This document shows positions 23,345-34,525 of a stretch of 64,000 bases of DNA, one piece after another. A program made the position numbers and the translations under genes. Within the stretch, counting starts at the first letter, position 1. Every line of letters begins with the position of its first letter. The stretch is taken from contig NIVC01001526.1 in assembly GCA_002269645.1 (NCBI GenBank), forward strand, positions 62,001-126,000. The letters run 5' to 3'. Source of the stretch: Macrostomum lignano (Eukaryota). The notes under the pieces are model-generated. The model made no database searches. It saw only the letters and a program-made list of their open reading frames with translations, and had not been told where the DNA came from.

Positions 23345-24430
23345 TAGTGTTCTGCCATAAGGAGGGTCTATGTACCATAGCGGTAGCCATAAGCAAAACG
23401 ATGGCTTATTTCAATTCTCCATATTCCATAGCTGTAAGGACCCCAATATTATCATATTTCCATTGTTCCCATAGCTATAGCCATAGTTTTAACAAAAAAG
23501 TCTAGAAAACAAAATATTTTGAATCAAGAAGATAACCTAGTGCTTAAACAACTGCAAATTAAGTTAGAAAATAAAAGAAACACTTGATTGCCTTAGTAAG
23601 ATTATATTTCATCTTTTTTCAAAGCAACAAAACTTAATAGTTACTAAAAGTACTAATGCTAAACTTTTTCACATTAATAAAAAGTAGAGTTTGCTAGCGT
23701 TTTATTGTACTTTTTAAAGTATATTTTAAAAGTTTCTCAGTTGATAAGGTAGTAGTGACCGGACGAATAGCCTTTTTGCTATTTTGTCTGGTTAAATTGT
23801 TAACACAAGTATCTTATTTGTTTTGTGATGAATATTCTAGATTTTTAAGACCTTTTCTCGTTTACTGATTAATATTTTCTTATATACTAGAGTATAAGCA
23901 AAACAGTGTATTCAATTTGGCATAATTTGGTGTATAAGACACATACTAGTATAACAATATAATAATCAAGATATGAGTAAAGTCTTTGAAGTCTAAGAAT
24001 ATTTACCCTTGTGGTTTTTATGAACTAGATATTTTAGCATTATCAATTTAACCGGACAAATAACAAAATGTTTATTTGTCCGGTATTAACCGGATGAATA
24101 GGAAAGCATGGTTAGGATCCAATAACCAGACAAATAACCACATCACTATTCGTCTGGTCACCAGACAAATAACAATTGCCAGTTGATAATACAGTTGACC
24201 AAAAATATCTTTGTTTTACTCTACCTGTTTATAATATTTTTTCATTTTTTAATATTAATAATTATGGCTATGGGAATCTACAGAATGTGACAACAACTAC
24301 CATATTTTTGTAATTGTAGCCTTAAGAGCAGCAAGCTACCATAGGCATATCTATAGCTACCATAGGCACCTTTTTTACCATATTTGCCGTAGGATCCCAT
24401 AGCCATAGTTATGGCTATGGTAGAACATTA
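23345..24430. mobile_element. Decayed TIR element containing a second TIR element (23755-24161)
   Basis: Outer tagtgttctgccata / tatggtagaacatta; inner gtgaccggacgaatag / ctattcgtctggtcac. Confidence 0.4.
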
Positions 24431-25584
24431 ATAATAACATAAGCATAGTTTTTGCTACTTTTAGGGTTATAAATCATTGCCTATGAGCTTTTCTAACAAT
24501 CACTTGCACAATTTGGATTAACATCTATATTCACTTCCATAATTTAAGAAGATATTCTATCTTCCACATTCTACATCCACTTCTATATTTTAGTGTATGC
24601 TGGATCATAGAGCCTAGAATAGATCTATGAATTGACCATAAAAAATAAAGTAACTTATAATTATATAAAGGGCTCTCTAGTTCTATATTTCTACAATTGT
24701 AATACATTTAAATGTATGTATGTATGTATGTATGTATGCCAAAACTAAAAAAAAGTATTTGTTATCATATATATTTTCTATAATACTTTTGTAAATGTAA
24801 TGTTTGTTTAAATCTACATGTAAATTTAGTATACATACAAACTAACAAACAAATATTAGAGATTTAATATATTTAGATAAAAGCAGTTTTGGTAGAAGAG
24901 AGAATAACCTTGCACATTGTGGTTCTTTAAGAAAGAAAGCCAGTATCAAATAGTAAGAGTTTCAAGTATGCATTATTGAAGATTGTTTTCTAAGTTGATT
25001 TATTTTTTTAAGTGAAGTGAAATAGATATAAGCATATGTAGTATATACTACTAAAGAAGCAAAAGTAGTGTTAGAAGACAAAATAGATCCTAGCAGTGCA
25101 TGTAGAATGAGGCTATGACCCTTTGATCTTGATAATGCCTAGGATTGGAAATATATGCAATACATATACTAGTAGACCAATATACTGCTAAGGCCAGAAT
25201 AATAGAATGCTACCAGAATAGTAAGAACATTACCTATATACTAATGATAGAATAATTATCAGACCAAATACTTAGACTTATGCTTATAAAATATCACAAA
25301 CAAATACTCAGATTTATTGATACTTAGAAATACAGCAGGTAAGTAGAAAAATATGGCATAGTATGATATATGACAAAAAATGGTGCAATTTGTTGCAAGA
25401 CAAAAACTTTCAATGAGACAATATTTTTGCTAATAGAAAATTAACACATACTTTCTATTTATTTCACCTTTTTGTTTGCCAGTGTATTGATGTCTTTTTA
25501 ATTAAAATATGTCAACATTGCATTTTCTATGAAACAGATTCATCTACAAGTTTTACTAGTATTTTCAAGCAGAACATATGTGTG

Positions 25585-25850
25585 CAACTGCTAGCTGACC
25601 TGGCTGATCTGGCCACTAAATTATGGTGGACCAGGGGTAAGTTGCAAAAATTCCAACCCAAAGAATAAGGATGTAGTACTAATTAGATGCTGAGGCATTT
25701 AGGCCTGATAAGACAGTCATAGTTACTTTAGCAGTTTACCCAAAATTGCGTTAATTTTGCTTTAGGGTTTCTTTCACAGGTAAGTTGCATTTTTGGTCAA
25801 AAAGTAAGTTGCATGGCCAATGTAAATCAGGGGGTTGCGCATGTATGAAG
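25585..25850 (+). repeat. Dispersed repeat, CpG-decayed copy of 9885-10145
   Basis: Same blocks with gtcgc>gttgc (twice) and gacgtag>gatgtag. Confidence 0.75.
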
Positions 25851-26613
25851 CAGAAAATACTGTTTTTTGTAAAAGAACTATTTTGTAAAATTTTGTAAAA
25901 GAACTATTTTTTAAAAAGTTCTGGTATATGGCACAAGTAGACTTATTTGATAGAATTTATTCTGGTGCATAGGGCAATCAAACTTTTTTGATAGGATTTA
26001 TTCTGGTTGCACAGTGCAATCAAACTTTTTCGATAGGATTTGTTCTAGCATAGATATGCCATGATCCTAACTATAGGATTATGACATTGAGGAGTATGTC
26101 ATTTGAGAACATTGTTTGCTCTTTAAATATCCTAAGGACAAAAAAAATTAGGGGTAATACTCATTCTGATGTAGATTGCCAACTGCTAGCACTATATGGT
26201 AGAATTGCTAGACAGCCTTATCTGATTCTTGATCTAAAATAGACTTCGACAAATCAAAGTTGCTATCCTAGTATGTCAAGCTTATAACTTATCAAGTTTT
26301 AAATGCAACAATAGGCCACATAGTGTAATATTCTTTTCTAGAAAGCAAGTACTTTGCTAGCCATTAGAAAATATCATTGGTAGCTTAATGCTGCTGCTAG
26401 ATTCTTATAATTCTTGATGAGATAGCATTTGTAAATGGCAAATGGTATATCATTTGTGAATATATTTGCTTCTATTGAATAGATTCAATGAATTGTAGAA
26501 TAGGTATTAAAATATGTAGCATAAAAGTAGACTAGAATGGTAGGCAGAATAGCCAACAAAATTTAGTGATATAGTAAAGATTTTTTTCTTTGTTTTATGG
26601 GTACATGCTTGGG

Positions 26614-26767
26614 TGCAACCTAGGGATTCACCTGGCCATTTCTATTGGTAATACACATATGTAAGTTGCTATTGGATGGAATAGTAGTCACGTGACTGCT
26701 CTTAGCCAATAGCAACTTACATGTGTATGTTGCCAATAGAAATAGCCAAGTGATTCCCTAGGTTGCA
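26614..26767. repeat. 154-bp imperfect palindrome centred on GTCACGTGAC
   Basis: tgcaacctagggattcac..gtaagttgctattgg pairs with ccaatagcaacttac..gtgattccctaggttgca. Confidence 0.85.
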
Positions 26768-27361
26768 CATGTATGTATGGGTAAGTCATAAAACTAGAAT
26801 AAGTTGCATGATGACCAATGTAATATTGAGGTTGTACATGTACAGTTGCAGTCATATTAAGAAGTTTAGGCTCTGTGAAATTCTTTGCATAATATTGCAT
26901 GCATATGCAATCTTTGGAATTACACTAGCCATGTGAATTGTTTTTGGATAAATTTGAAAACTAAGTTGCATTTTTAGTAAAAGCTAGAGTATTGTAACAA
27001 TGGTCTTCAATTGGTCATAAAAATTTTAGAATTTTTAAACAGACACTACCACAATTTGACACTAGACACAAACAGTCTACCACAATTTATGCTGGCTTGG
27101 TTGGGCAGCACTTGCATATACAATAATGCAAATAATGCATATAAAATATAGATGTACTTTAGGAAGAATATATTCTAACCTTTTTGTATATAATCATTAA
27201 GGTAAAAAATGTTTTTAAAATTAATGTTTTTCCTTCTATAAAAAGTGTGCTTATTTTATAGTAAATTTGGTCTCTGTCAGGCTTCAGTCAGTCGCCCAGC
27301 TGGCAACTAACAGAACGAATTTTACTTGTATTATAAACACTTCTCTCATGCTTAAATAACT

Positions 27362-30156
27362 ATGAAGCGACCCATTGAAGACGAAGAATCTAGCTGTGCT
27401 AGTGCTGAGCCTACAGAATCCAAGCAGGCCAAGCTGGCCTCAGACTCGAACAATGATGCTGCAGTTGCAGCCACTGGCAATACTAGAAACTGTACTATCA
27501 ATAGGCGGCGTGGAGATGTGAAGAAAGCCATTTTAATGCTGATGTATTCCGGATCTGGATACTATGGTATGCAGCGCAATACTGGCTTTGATACTATTGA
27601 GGGCGCACTGTTTGATAGCTTGCTGGCTGGCGGTCACATTACCGAGGAGGAGTATTTATCGCCTGGTAAACTACAATTCCAACGGGCATCTAAGACCGAC
27701 AAAGGCGTGTCCGCGCTTGCTCAGGTTTGTTTGTTTTAGGCACAGATATCAGAATAACTGGAATTGTCACTCGCACTTCAAGTTGTGAAAAAATCAAAGC
27801 GCCTACTCTCTCTTTTTCAGTATATCTGTGCAGTGTCACTTAAATTCATGTGCAGCTAAAATTTTCTTCCTCTTGTTTTCGTTCTCAGGAGCATACTGCA
27901 TATGAGGTTAAGAATAAACAGCAAGCATATGATATAACTCGATGTACAAAAGTAAACGCAAGACGGACAAAACTCAGCCTAGGGGACAAGCCCTATCTAG
28001 CTTAGCCAATGAGAGAGCAGTAAGGAGAGAGGTCCAAGTTAGACGGACAAAACTCAGCCTAGGGGGCAGGCCCGATCTAGCTTAGCCAATGAGAGAGCAG
28101 TAAGGAGAGAGGTCCAAGTCAGACGGACAAAACTCAGCCTAGGGGGCAGGCCCAATCTAGCTTAGCCAATGAGAGAACAGTAAGAAGAGAGGTCAAAGTC
28201 AGACGGACAAAACTCAGCCTAGGGGACAAGCCCTATCTAGCTTAGCCAATGAGAGAGCAGTAAGGAGAGAGGTCCAAGTCAGACGGACAAAACTCAGCCT
28301 AGGGGGCAGGCCCAATCTAGCTCAGCCAATGAGAGAGCTGTAAGGAGAGAGGTCCAAGTCAGACGGACAAAACTCAGCCTAGGGGGCAGGCCCAATCTAG
28401 CTCAGCCAATGAGAGAGCAGTAAGAAGAGAGGTCAAAGTCAGACGGACAAAACTCAGCCTAGGGGACAAGCCCTATCTAGCTTAGCCAATGAGAGAGCAG
28501 TAAGGAGAGAGGTCCAAGTCAGACGGACAAAACTCAGCCTAGGGGGCAGGCCCAATCTAGCTCAGCCAATGAGTGAGCAGTAAGGAGAGAGGGTCAAAGT
28601 CAGACGGACAAAACTCAGCCTAGGGGGCAGGCCCAATCTAGCTCAGCCAATGAGTGAGCAGTAAGAAGAGAGGTCCAAGTCAGACGGACAAAACTCAGCC
28701 TAGGGGGCAGGCCCAATCTAGCTTAGCCAATGAGAGAACAGTAAGAAGAGAGGTCAAAGTCAGACGGACAAAACTCAGCCTAGGGGACAAGCCCTATCTA
28801 GCTTAGCCAATGAGAGAGCAGTAAGGAGAGAGGTCCAAGTCAGACGGACAAAACTCAGCCTAGGGGGGCAGGCCCAATCTAGCTCAGCCAATGAGTGAGC
28901 AGTAAGGAGAGAGGGTCAAAGTCAGACGGACAAAACTCAGCCTAGGGGGGCAGGCCCAATCTAGCTCAGCCAATGAGTGAGCAGTAAGAAGAGAGGTCCA
29001 AGTCAGACGGACAAAACTCAGCCTAGGGGGCAGGCCCAATCTAGCTCAGCCAATGAGTGAGCAGTAAGGAGAGAGGTCCAAGTCAGACTGAAAAAACTCA
29101 GTCTAGGGGGCAGGCCCGATCTACCTTAGCCAATGAGAGAGCAGTAAGGAGAGAGGTCAAAGTCAGACGCAAGCGAGCAAGAGGAAAACCCAACTGTGTA
29201 TCGGCCTGGCGCGCCACCCATTCTCTTGCTCGCCATGCATACGCACTTTTTCGCTACAAAAAAAGTATATTAGCGCATTGTTTGCAATTTACATCTTTAG
29301 TTATTCTACTAGTAATATGTGGTTTTGTATTGTTTACGAATTTGAGTACCAATTTTCGCGACTTATTATATATTCCTTTGCCTTATTTGCTCTAATCGTT
29401 TACCTGCTTATTAAAATCTGTCCCGACTCCCAGGTGGTGTCTATGAAGCTCAACTTAAGCGACGCAGACTCCTTAAAAGCCGACGTGAACAGTCGCCTGC
29501 CAACGCAAATTCGCCTATTAGACGTATTTCGAACCACAAAGAATTTCAATTGCAAGGCTAGAGTTAATCATAGGGAATACGCGTACATCTGCCCAAGCTA
29601 TGCATTCGCCTCAAAGAGCCGGCCAATCGACATAACTTATCGCATCGACTCGACACAACTGGAACTGCTGCGCTCCTGTCTGTCGCGCTACAAAGGCACA
29701 AAGAACTATTATAACTTCACGTCCGGTAGGCCCCCCGGAGACGCCTCCTGCAATCGGTACATTATCGATTTCACTGTTGGGGAGCCGTTCGAGTATCGCG
29801 ACGCCGAATTTGTTGAACTGAGAGTTCGCGGCCAGAGCTTTATGCTGCATCAGATACGGAAAATGGTCGGCCTAGCCATTGCTATTGTTAAAGGCTACTG
29901 CCGGCTGGAAGCTATGGATGCCGTTTTCACCTATAAGTATGCTGCTATGTGTATCTTAAACCTGTCTGTCTGTGTCTGTCTGTCTCTCGCTGTCTGTCTG
30001 TCTGTCTGCCTGCCTCAGCCTTAGGTCTATCTGCTGTCTGTCTGTCTGTCTGTCTGTGTATCTGTCTGTGTGTATGTCTGTCTGCCTGTCTTTCTGCCTG
30101 CCTGTCTGTCTGCCTGTCTGTCTGTCTGTCTGTCTGTATGTCTGTCTGTGTCTGTA

Positions 30157-30187
<31 letters not shown>

Positions 30188-30846
30188 ATCTGTGTCTGTA
30201 TGTCTGTCTGTGTGTCTATCTGTCTGTCTGTCTGTATCTGTGTCTATATGTCTGTCTGTCTGTTAATGTGTCTGTGTGTCTGTCTCTGTTATTGCGTGTC
30301 TATTTTTTATCTCCTCTCATCTCTGACCTCCTCTCGTCTCTCTTCTATTCCCTCTCCTTTGCTGTCACTTGCCAACTGCCGAGCCCTGACTTAAATCTAG
30401 CAGCGTCTCCATTTTGTATCAATACCAAATTTCAGGCGTATGGACGTGCCTAAAGCTCCTGGATTGGGCCTGCTGCTCAATAAAATTAATTACGGCGCCT
30501 ACAACGAAAAGTACGCAGCCGAATTGGGCTACTCAACTGTCGATTGGGATCGGTTTGAAGCCGAGCGGTGAGTACTGACTTTTGTTGTGTAGAAAACAAA
30601 TGGTCCTCGGGCTGAAACAGACAGCCAGACAGCCACACAGACAGACAGAGACAGGGAGAGAAACAGACAGACAGATAGACAGACAGGCAGGCAGACAGAC
30701 AGGCAGGCAGGCAGGCAGGCAGACACACAGACAGACAGGCAGACAGACAGACAGACAGGCAGATGGACAGACAGACAGGCAGGCAGGCAAGCAGGCAGGC
30801 AAGCAGGCAGGCAGGCAGGCAGGCAGACAGAGACAGGCAGACAGGC

Positions 30847-30887
<41 letters not shown>

Positions 30888-31386
30888 GGCAGGCAGACAG
30901 ACAGACAGAGACAGACACTAAAAAGGACAGGCAGACAGAGACAGACACTAAAACGAACAGACAGATAGAATAACGATACTACACTCCATAAGTGTTTATA
31001 GATTATCGTCTGTTTGTGAAAGTCTATACATTTTAGTTACTTAATAAGTAGTATATATTCAAAGAAGGCAAATTTCGTGTGTCCAATACAGTCCCTAACA
31101 TGCCAGTCCCCTGTCCTACATGACCAATCAATGCAGAAGCGAATTCAAGTCCAGTCACATTCTGCCAGAAATTTATCGCGGCGAAACCGACAATCGAAGC
31201 ATGCTAGAGTGGCTGAGGACGCTCACTATGCATTCGTACGACTTTGATCGACAGGATGGACCTCCGACGGTTTTTAAGCAGCAGCAGCAGCAGTCTGAGC
31301 AGCCTAAACAGTTTGAGAAAGATTCTCAATCCGAGGCTGCATCGTCTGAGCCCAACAGTGCTGGCGCTTTGAATACTGGCTCCTAA
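27362..31386 (+). CDS. PUS1: tRNA pseudouridine synthase 1 (TruA family), 4 exons
   Basis: Exons 27362-27724, 29434-29936, 30436-30567, 31137-31386, in phase with GT-AG. Motifs [17 protein letters not shown] (catalytic Asp), [37 protein letters not shown]. Confidence 0.95.
27955..29175. repeat. 80-bp intronic minisatellite, about 15 copies
   Basis: agacggacaaaactcagcctaggg recurs at 27961, 28041, 28121 and onward; PUS1 intron 1. Confidence 0.95.
29960..30292 (+). repeat. (TCTG)n-based microsatellite, PUS1 intron 2
   Basis: Direct reading. Confidence 0.95.
30615..30966 (+). repeat. (AGAC/AGGC)n microsatellite, PUS1 intron 3
   Basis: Direct reading; reverse complement of the intron 2 repeat type. 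Confidence 0.95.
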
Positions 31387-31871
31387 AACTCTGTTTATTG
31401 TGCCTAAGTAGCAACCTATCTTGTGTTTGTGTTTTTATGACTTAGTAATGAAAGCATTTTAATTTTGAAAAAAAGTACTTTAAATGAGAATATAGAAGTG
31501 CCTAATGTACTTTTGAATTGTGGGAGAGGATTTTCATTGTCAATGTCAGGGGTCGGTGAACCTTTTTTATGTTAAGGAGGAGATTAATAATCTAGCTTGA
31601 GAAAAAAGGAGATAATTAGAGTGAAAAGGGAACAAAGCTGAGAAGAGATACAAACCTTGATCAGGTCAGGATCAGATAGAGAGGCTTCGAGCTCCGCAGT
31701 TGGCGGACCCCTGTTCCGTGAATTTGACTATACCTACTGTAATTGAAGTTTGTGCGTGTTGAAACTAATTGCTTTGCGGCTTGGTTGTTGAGAATCTTTT
31801 CAAAGGCACAAACTCTTTAGTTACTCTGGTATCTGTGGTGTTGTGTTATTAACGAATTCGGGTACCAATTC

Positions 31872-31885
31872 AGACAGACTGACAA

Positions 31886-31919
<34 letters not shown>

Positions 31920-32099
31920 AGGCAGGCAGGCAGGCAGATAGATAGATAGACAGACAGACACAGACAGACAGACAGACAGACAGCGACAGACAGACAGATA
32001 GACAGACAGACAGACACAGACAGACAGACAGACAGCGACAGATAGACAGACAGACAGACAGACACGGACAAACAGACAGCGTCAGATAGACAGACAGCC

Positions 32100-32130
<31 letters not shown>

Positions 32131-32169
32131 TAGACAGACAGATAGACAGATAGACAGACAGACAGCGAC

Positions 32170-32214
<45 letters not shown>

Positions 32215-32600
32215 GCGACAGATAGACAGACAGACAGACAGACAGTGACAGATAGAAAGACTGACAGACAGAGAGATAGAGAGACACTAAAACGGACAGA
32301 CAGAGACAGACAGACACTAAAACAGACAGACACCAAAACGGACGGACGGACAGACAGACACTAAAACAGACCGACAGATAGACAGACACTAAAACAGACC
32401 GACAGATAGACAGACACTAAAACAGACCGACAGATAGACAGACACTAAAACAGATCGACAGATAGACAGACACTAAAACAGACAGACAGACACTAAAACG
32501 GACGGACGGACAGACAGACACTAAAACAGACCGACAGATAGACAGACACTAAAACAGACCGACAGATAGACAGACACTAGAACGGGCAGACATACAGACA
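31872..32600 (+). repeat. (AGAC/AGAT)n microsatellite grading into longer acactaaaacag units
   Basis: Direct reading. Confidence 0.95.
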
Positions 32601-32865
32601 CTGTGGGGGCTCGCTTTGCAAACCCTACTGTAATTGAAATTCGTGCGTTTTAAAACAAATTGCTTTGCGGCTTGGTTATTGAGAATTATTTAATAAAAAA
32701 GTAACAATCTGATTATTGCGACTCTTTTAGTCTTAATTAATTTAATTGGTTTTGACTCAAAGCTTAGATAAACATAGGCTTAATCCTTATGAGGCTCCCG
32801 AATATCCCGTCATGCCTGTTGGTAGACGATAAATCCATTGAATACTCGTACTTAAGTGGGAAATG

Positions 32866-32943
32866 GGTGCAGAGTTGCTTAGTGTAACGCGTTTGATTTA
32901 CGCGTCAAAGTACCCCCGGAGTTCGATTCCGTATTCACGGCCA
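32866..32943 (+). pseudogene. Degenerate tRNA-like sequence (tRNA pseudogene or SINE head)
   Basis: A-box-like tgcttagtg, tttga/tcaaa arm, B-box ggagttcgattcc, ends ggcca; acceptor stem does not pair well. Confidence 0.3.
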
Positions 32944-33404
32944 CATTAATTTGGGCCCCGTGTACAACAATTACCAAAGTCCTGTAACTTTGTTTCAAAA
33001 TGGCATTGCTTGTTCCTTCCAGATGCTGTCTGAACTGCTGCTAGATCCAGTTTATTGGCTAGTGCACTATATAGTTCAGTGTGCGCTTAACAATTTGCTG
33101 CAGTACATTGTGTTCCTGGCGATTGACGGCATTTTTAAAGTTTTACTGCAACACGAAGCGTAAGTTTCTTAGAGATTTTGATGAAGTCTATTATTGAAGA
33201 ATTGCCTTACGATGGTCCATGAGAATCGCCTCAAACAGTCCTTGAGAGTCGCCTTGTAAGGGATCCTTAAAAGTTGTTTGGAGACGGTCCTCGAAAATTT
33301 CTTTAAAAGCTCATTAGAATTTGTTTGGAAGCGTTACCGAGAAACTTCCTACAGTCTTTAAGAATCGCTCTTTAACGGTCCTTAATTCACCTTGAGTGGT
33401 GAAT

Positions 33405-34290
33405 CAACGGTCCTTGAGAGTAGATCTAAACATAAACAGTCCTTGAGAGTCGCCTCAAACGGTACTCGAGAATAGCCTCAAACGGCTCTTGAGAATAGCC
33501 TCAAACGGTTCTTGAGAATAGCCTTACTTGAGAATAGCCTTAAGGAGTCCTTGAGAATCTCCTTAAGGAGTCCTTGAGAATCGCCTCAAACGGTCCTTGA
33601 GAATCGCCTCAAACGGTCCTTAAGAATCGCCTCAAACGGTCCTTTGAGAATAGCCTCAAACGGTTCTTGAGAATCGCCTCAAACGGTCCTGAGAGTCGCC
33701 TCAAACGGTTCTTGAGAATCGCCTCAAACGGTCCTTAAGAATCGCCTCAAACGGTCCTTTGAGAATAGCCTTAAACGGTTCTTGAGAATAGCCTCAAACG
33801 GTTCTTGAGAATAGTCTTAAACGGTTCTTGAGAATAGCCTCAAACAGTTCTTGAGAATCGCCTTAAGAAGTCCTTGAGAATCTCCTTAAGGAGTCCTTGA
33901 GAATCGCCTCAAACGGTCCTTGAGAATCGCCTCAAACGGTCCTTGAGAATCGCCTCAAACGGTCCTTAAGAATCGCCTCAAACGGTCCTGAGAGTCGCCT
34001 CAAACGGTTCTTGAGAATCGCCTCAAACGGTCCTTAAGAATCGCCTCAAACGGTTCTTGAGAATAGCCTCAAACGGTTCTTGAGAATAGCCTTAAACGGT
34101 TCTTGAGAATAGCCTCAAACAGTTCTTGAGAATCGCCTTAAGAAGTCCTTGAGAATCTCCTTAAGGAGTCCTTGAGAATCGCCTCAAACGGTCCTTGAGA
34201 ATCGCCCCAAACGGTCCTTGCGAGTCGCCTCAAACGGTCCTTGAGAGTCGCCTCAAACGGTTCTTGAGAATTGCTCTTTAACGGTCCTTG
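33405..34290. repeat. 23-bp minisatellite upstream of the USP gene
   Basis: Unit ttgagaatcgcctcaaacggtcc. Confidence 0.95.
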
Positions 34291-34525
34291 ATTCAACTTG
34301 AATAGTCTTCTAGTATCGTGTATTGTCTTTAACGGTTCACGAGAATCGATTTAATCGGTAATTGAAAATCGCCTTAACGGTTCTAAAAATTATCCCAATA
34401 AATACCAAGAAAGTCTAACCGGTCTCAAAATTAATTTTTTCAGTCTGCTCCAAAGCCGAACATGGCACTACTTTCTAGCCGAAGGCGGCCTATTAGCCCT
34501 AGTCGCGGGTTCGATTCGCTACACA

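Noticed and set aside
29949-32389. SVCLSVCL and QTDRQTDR ORFs
   Set aside because: Microsatellite translations.
34470-34522. tRNA gene (ggttcgattcg B-box-like)
   Set aside because: No cloverleaf or convincing A-box.
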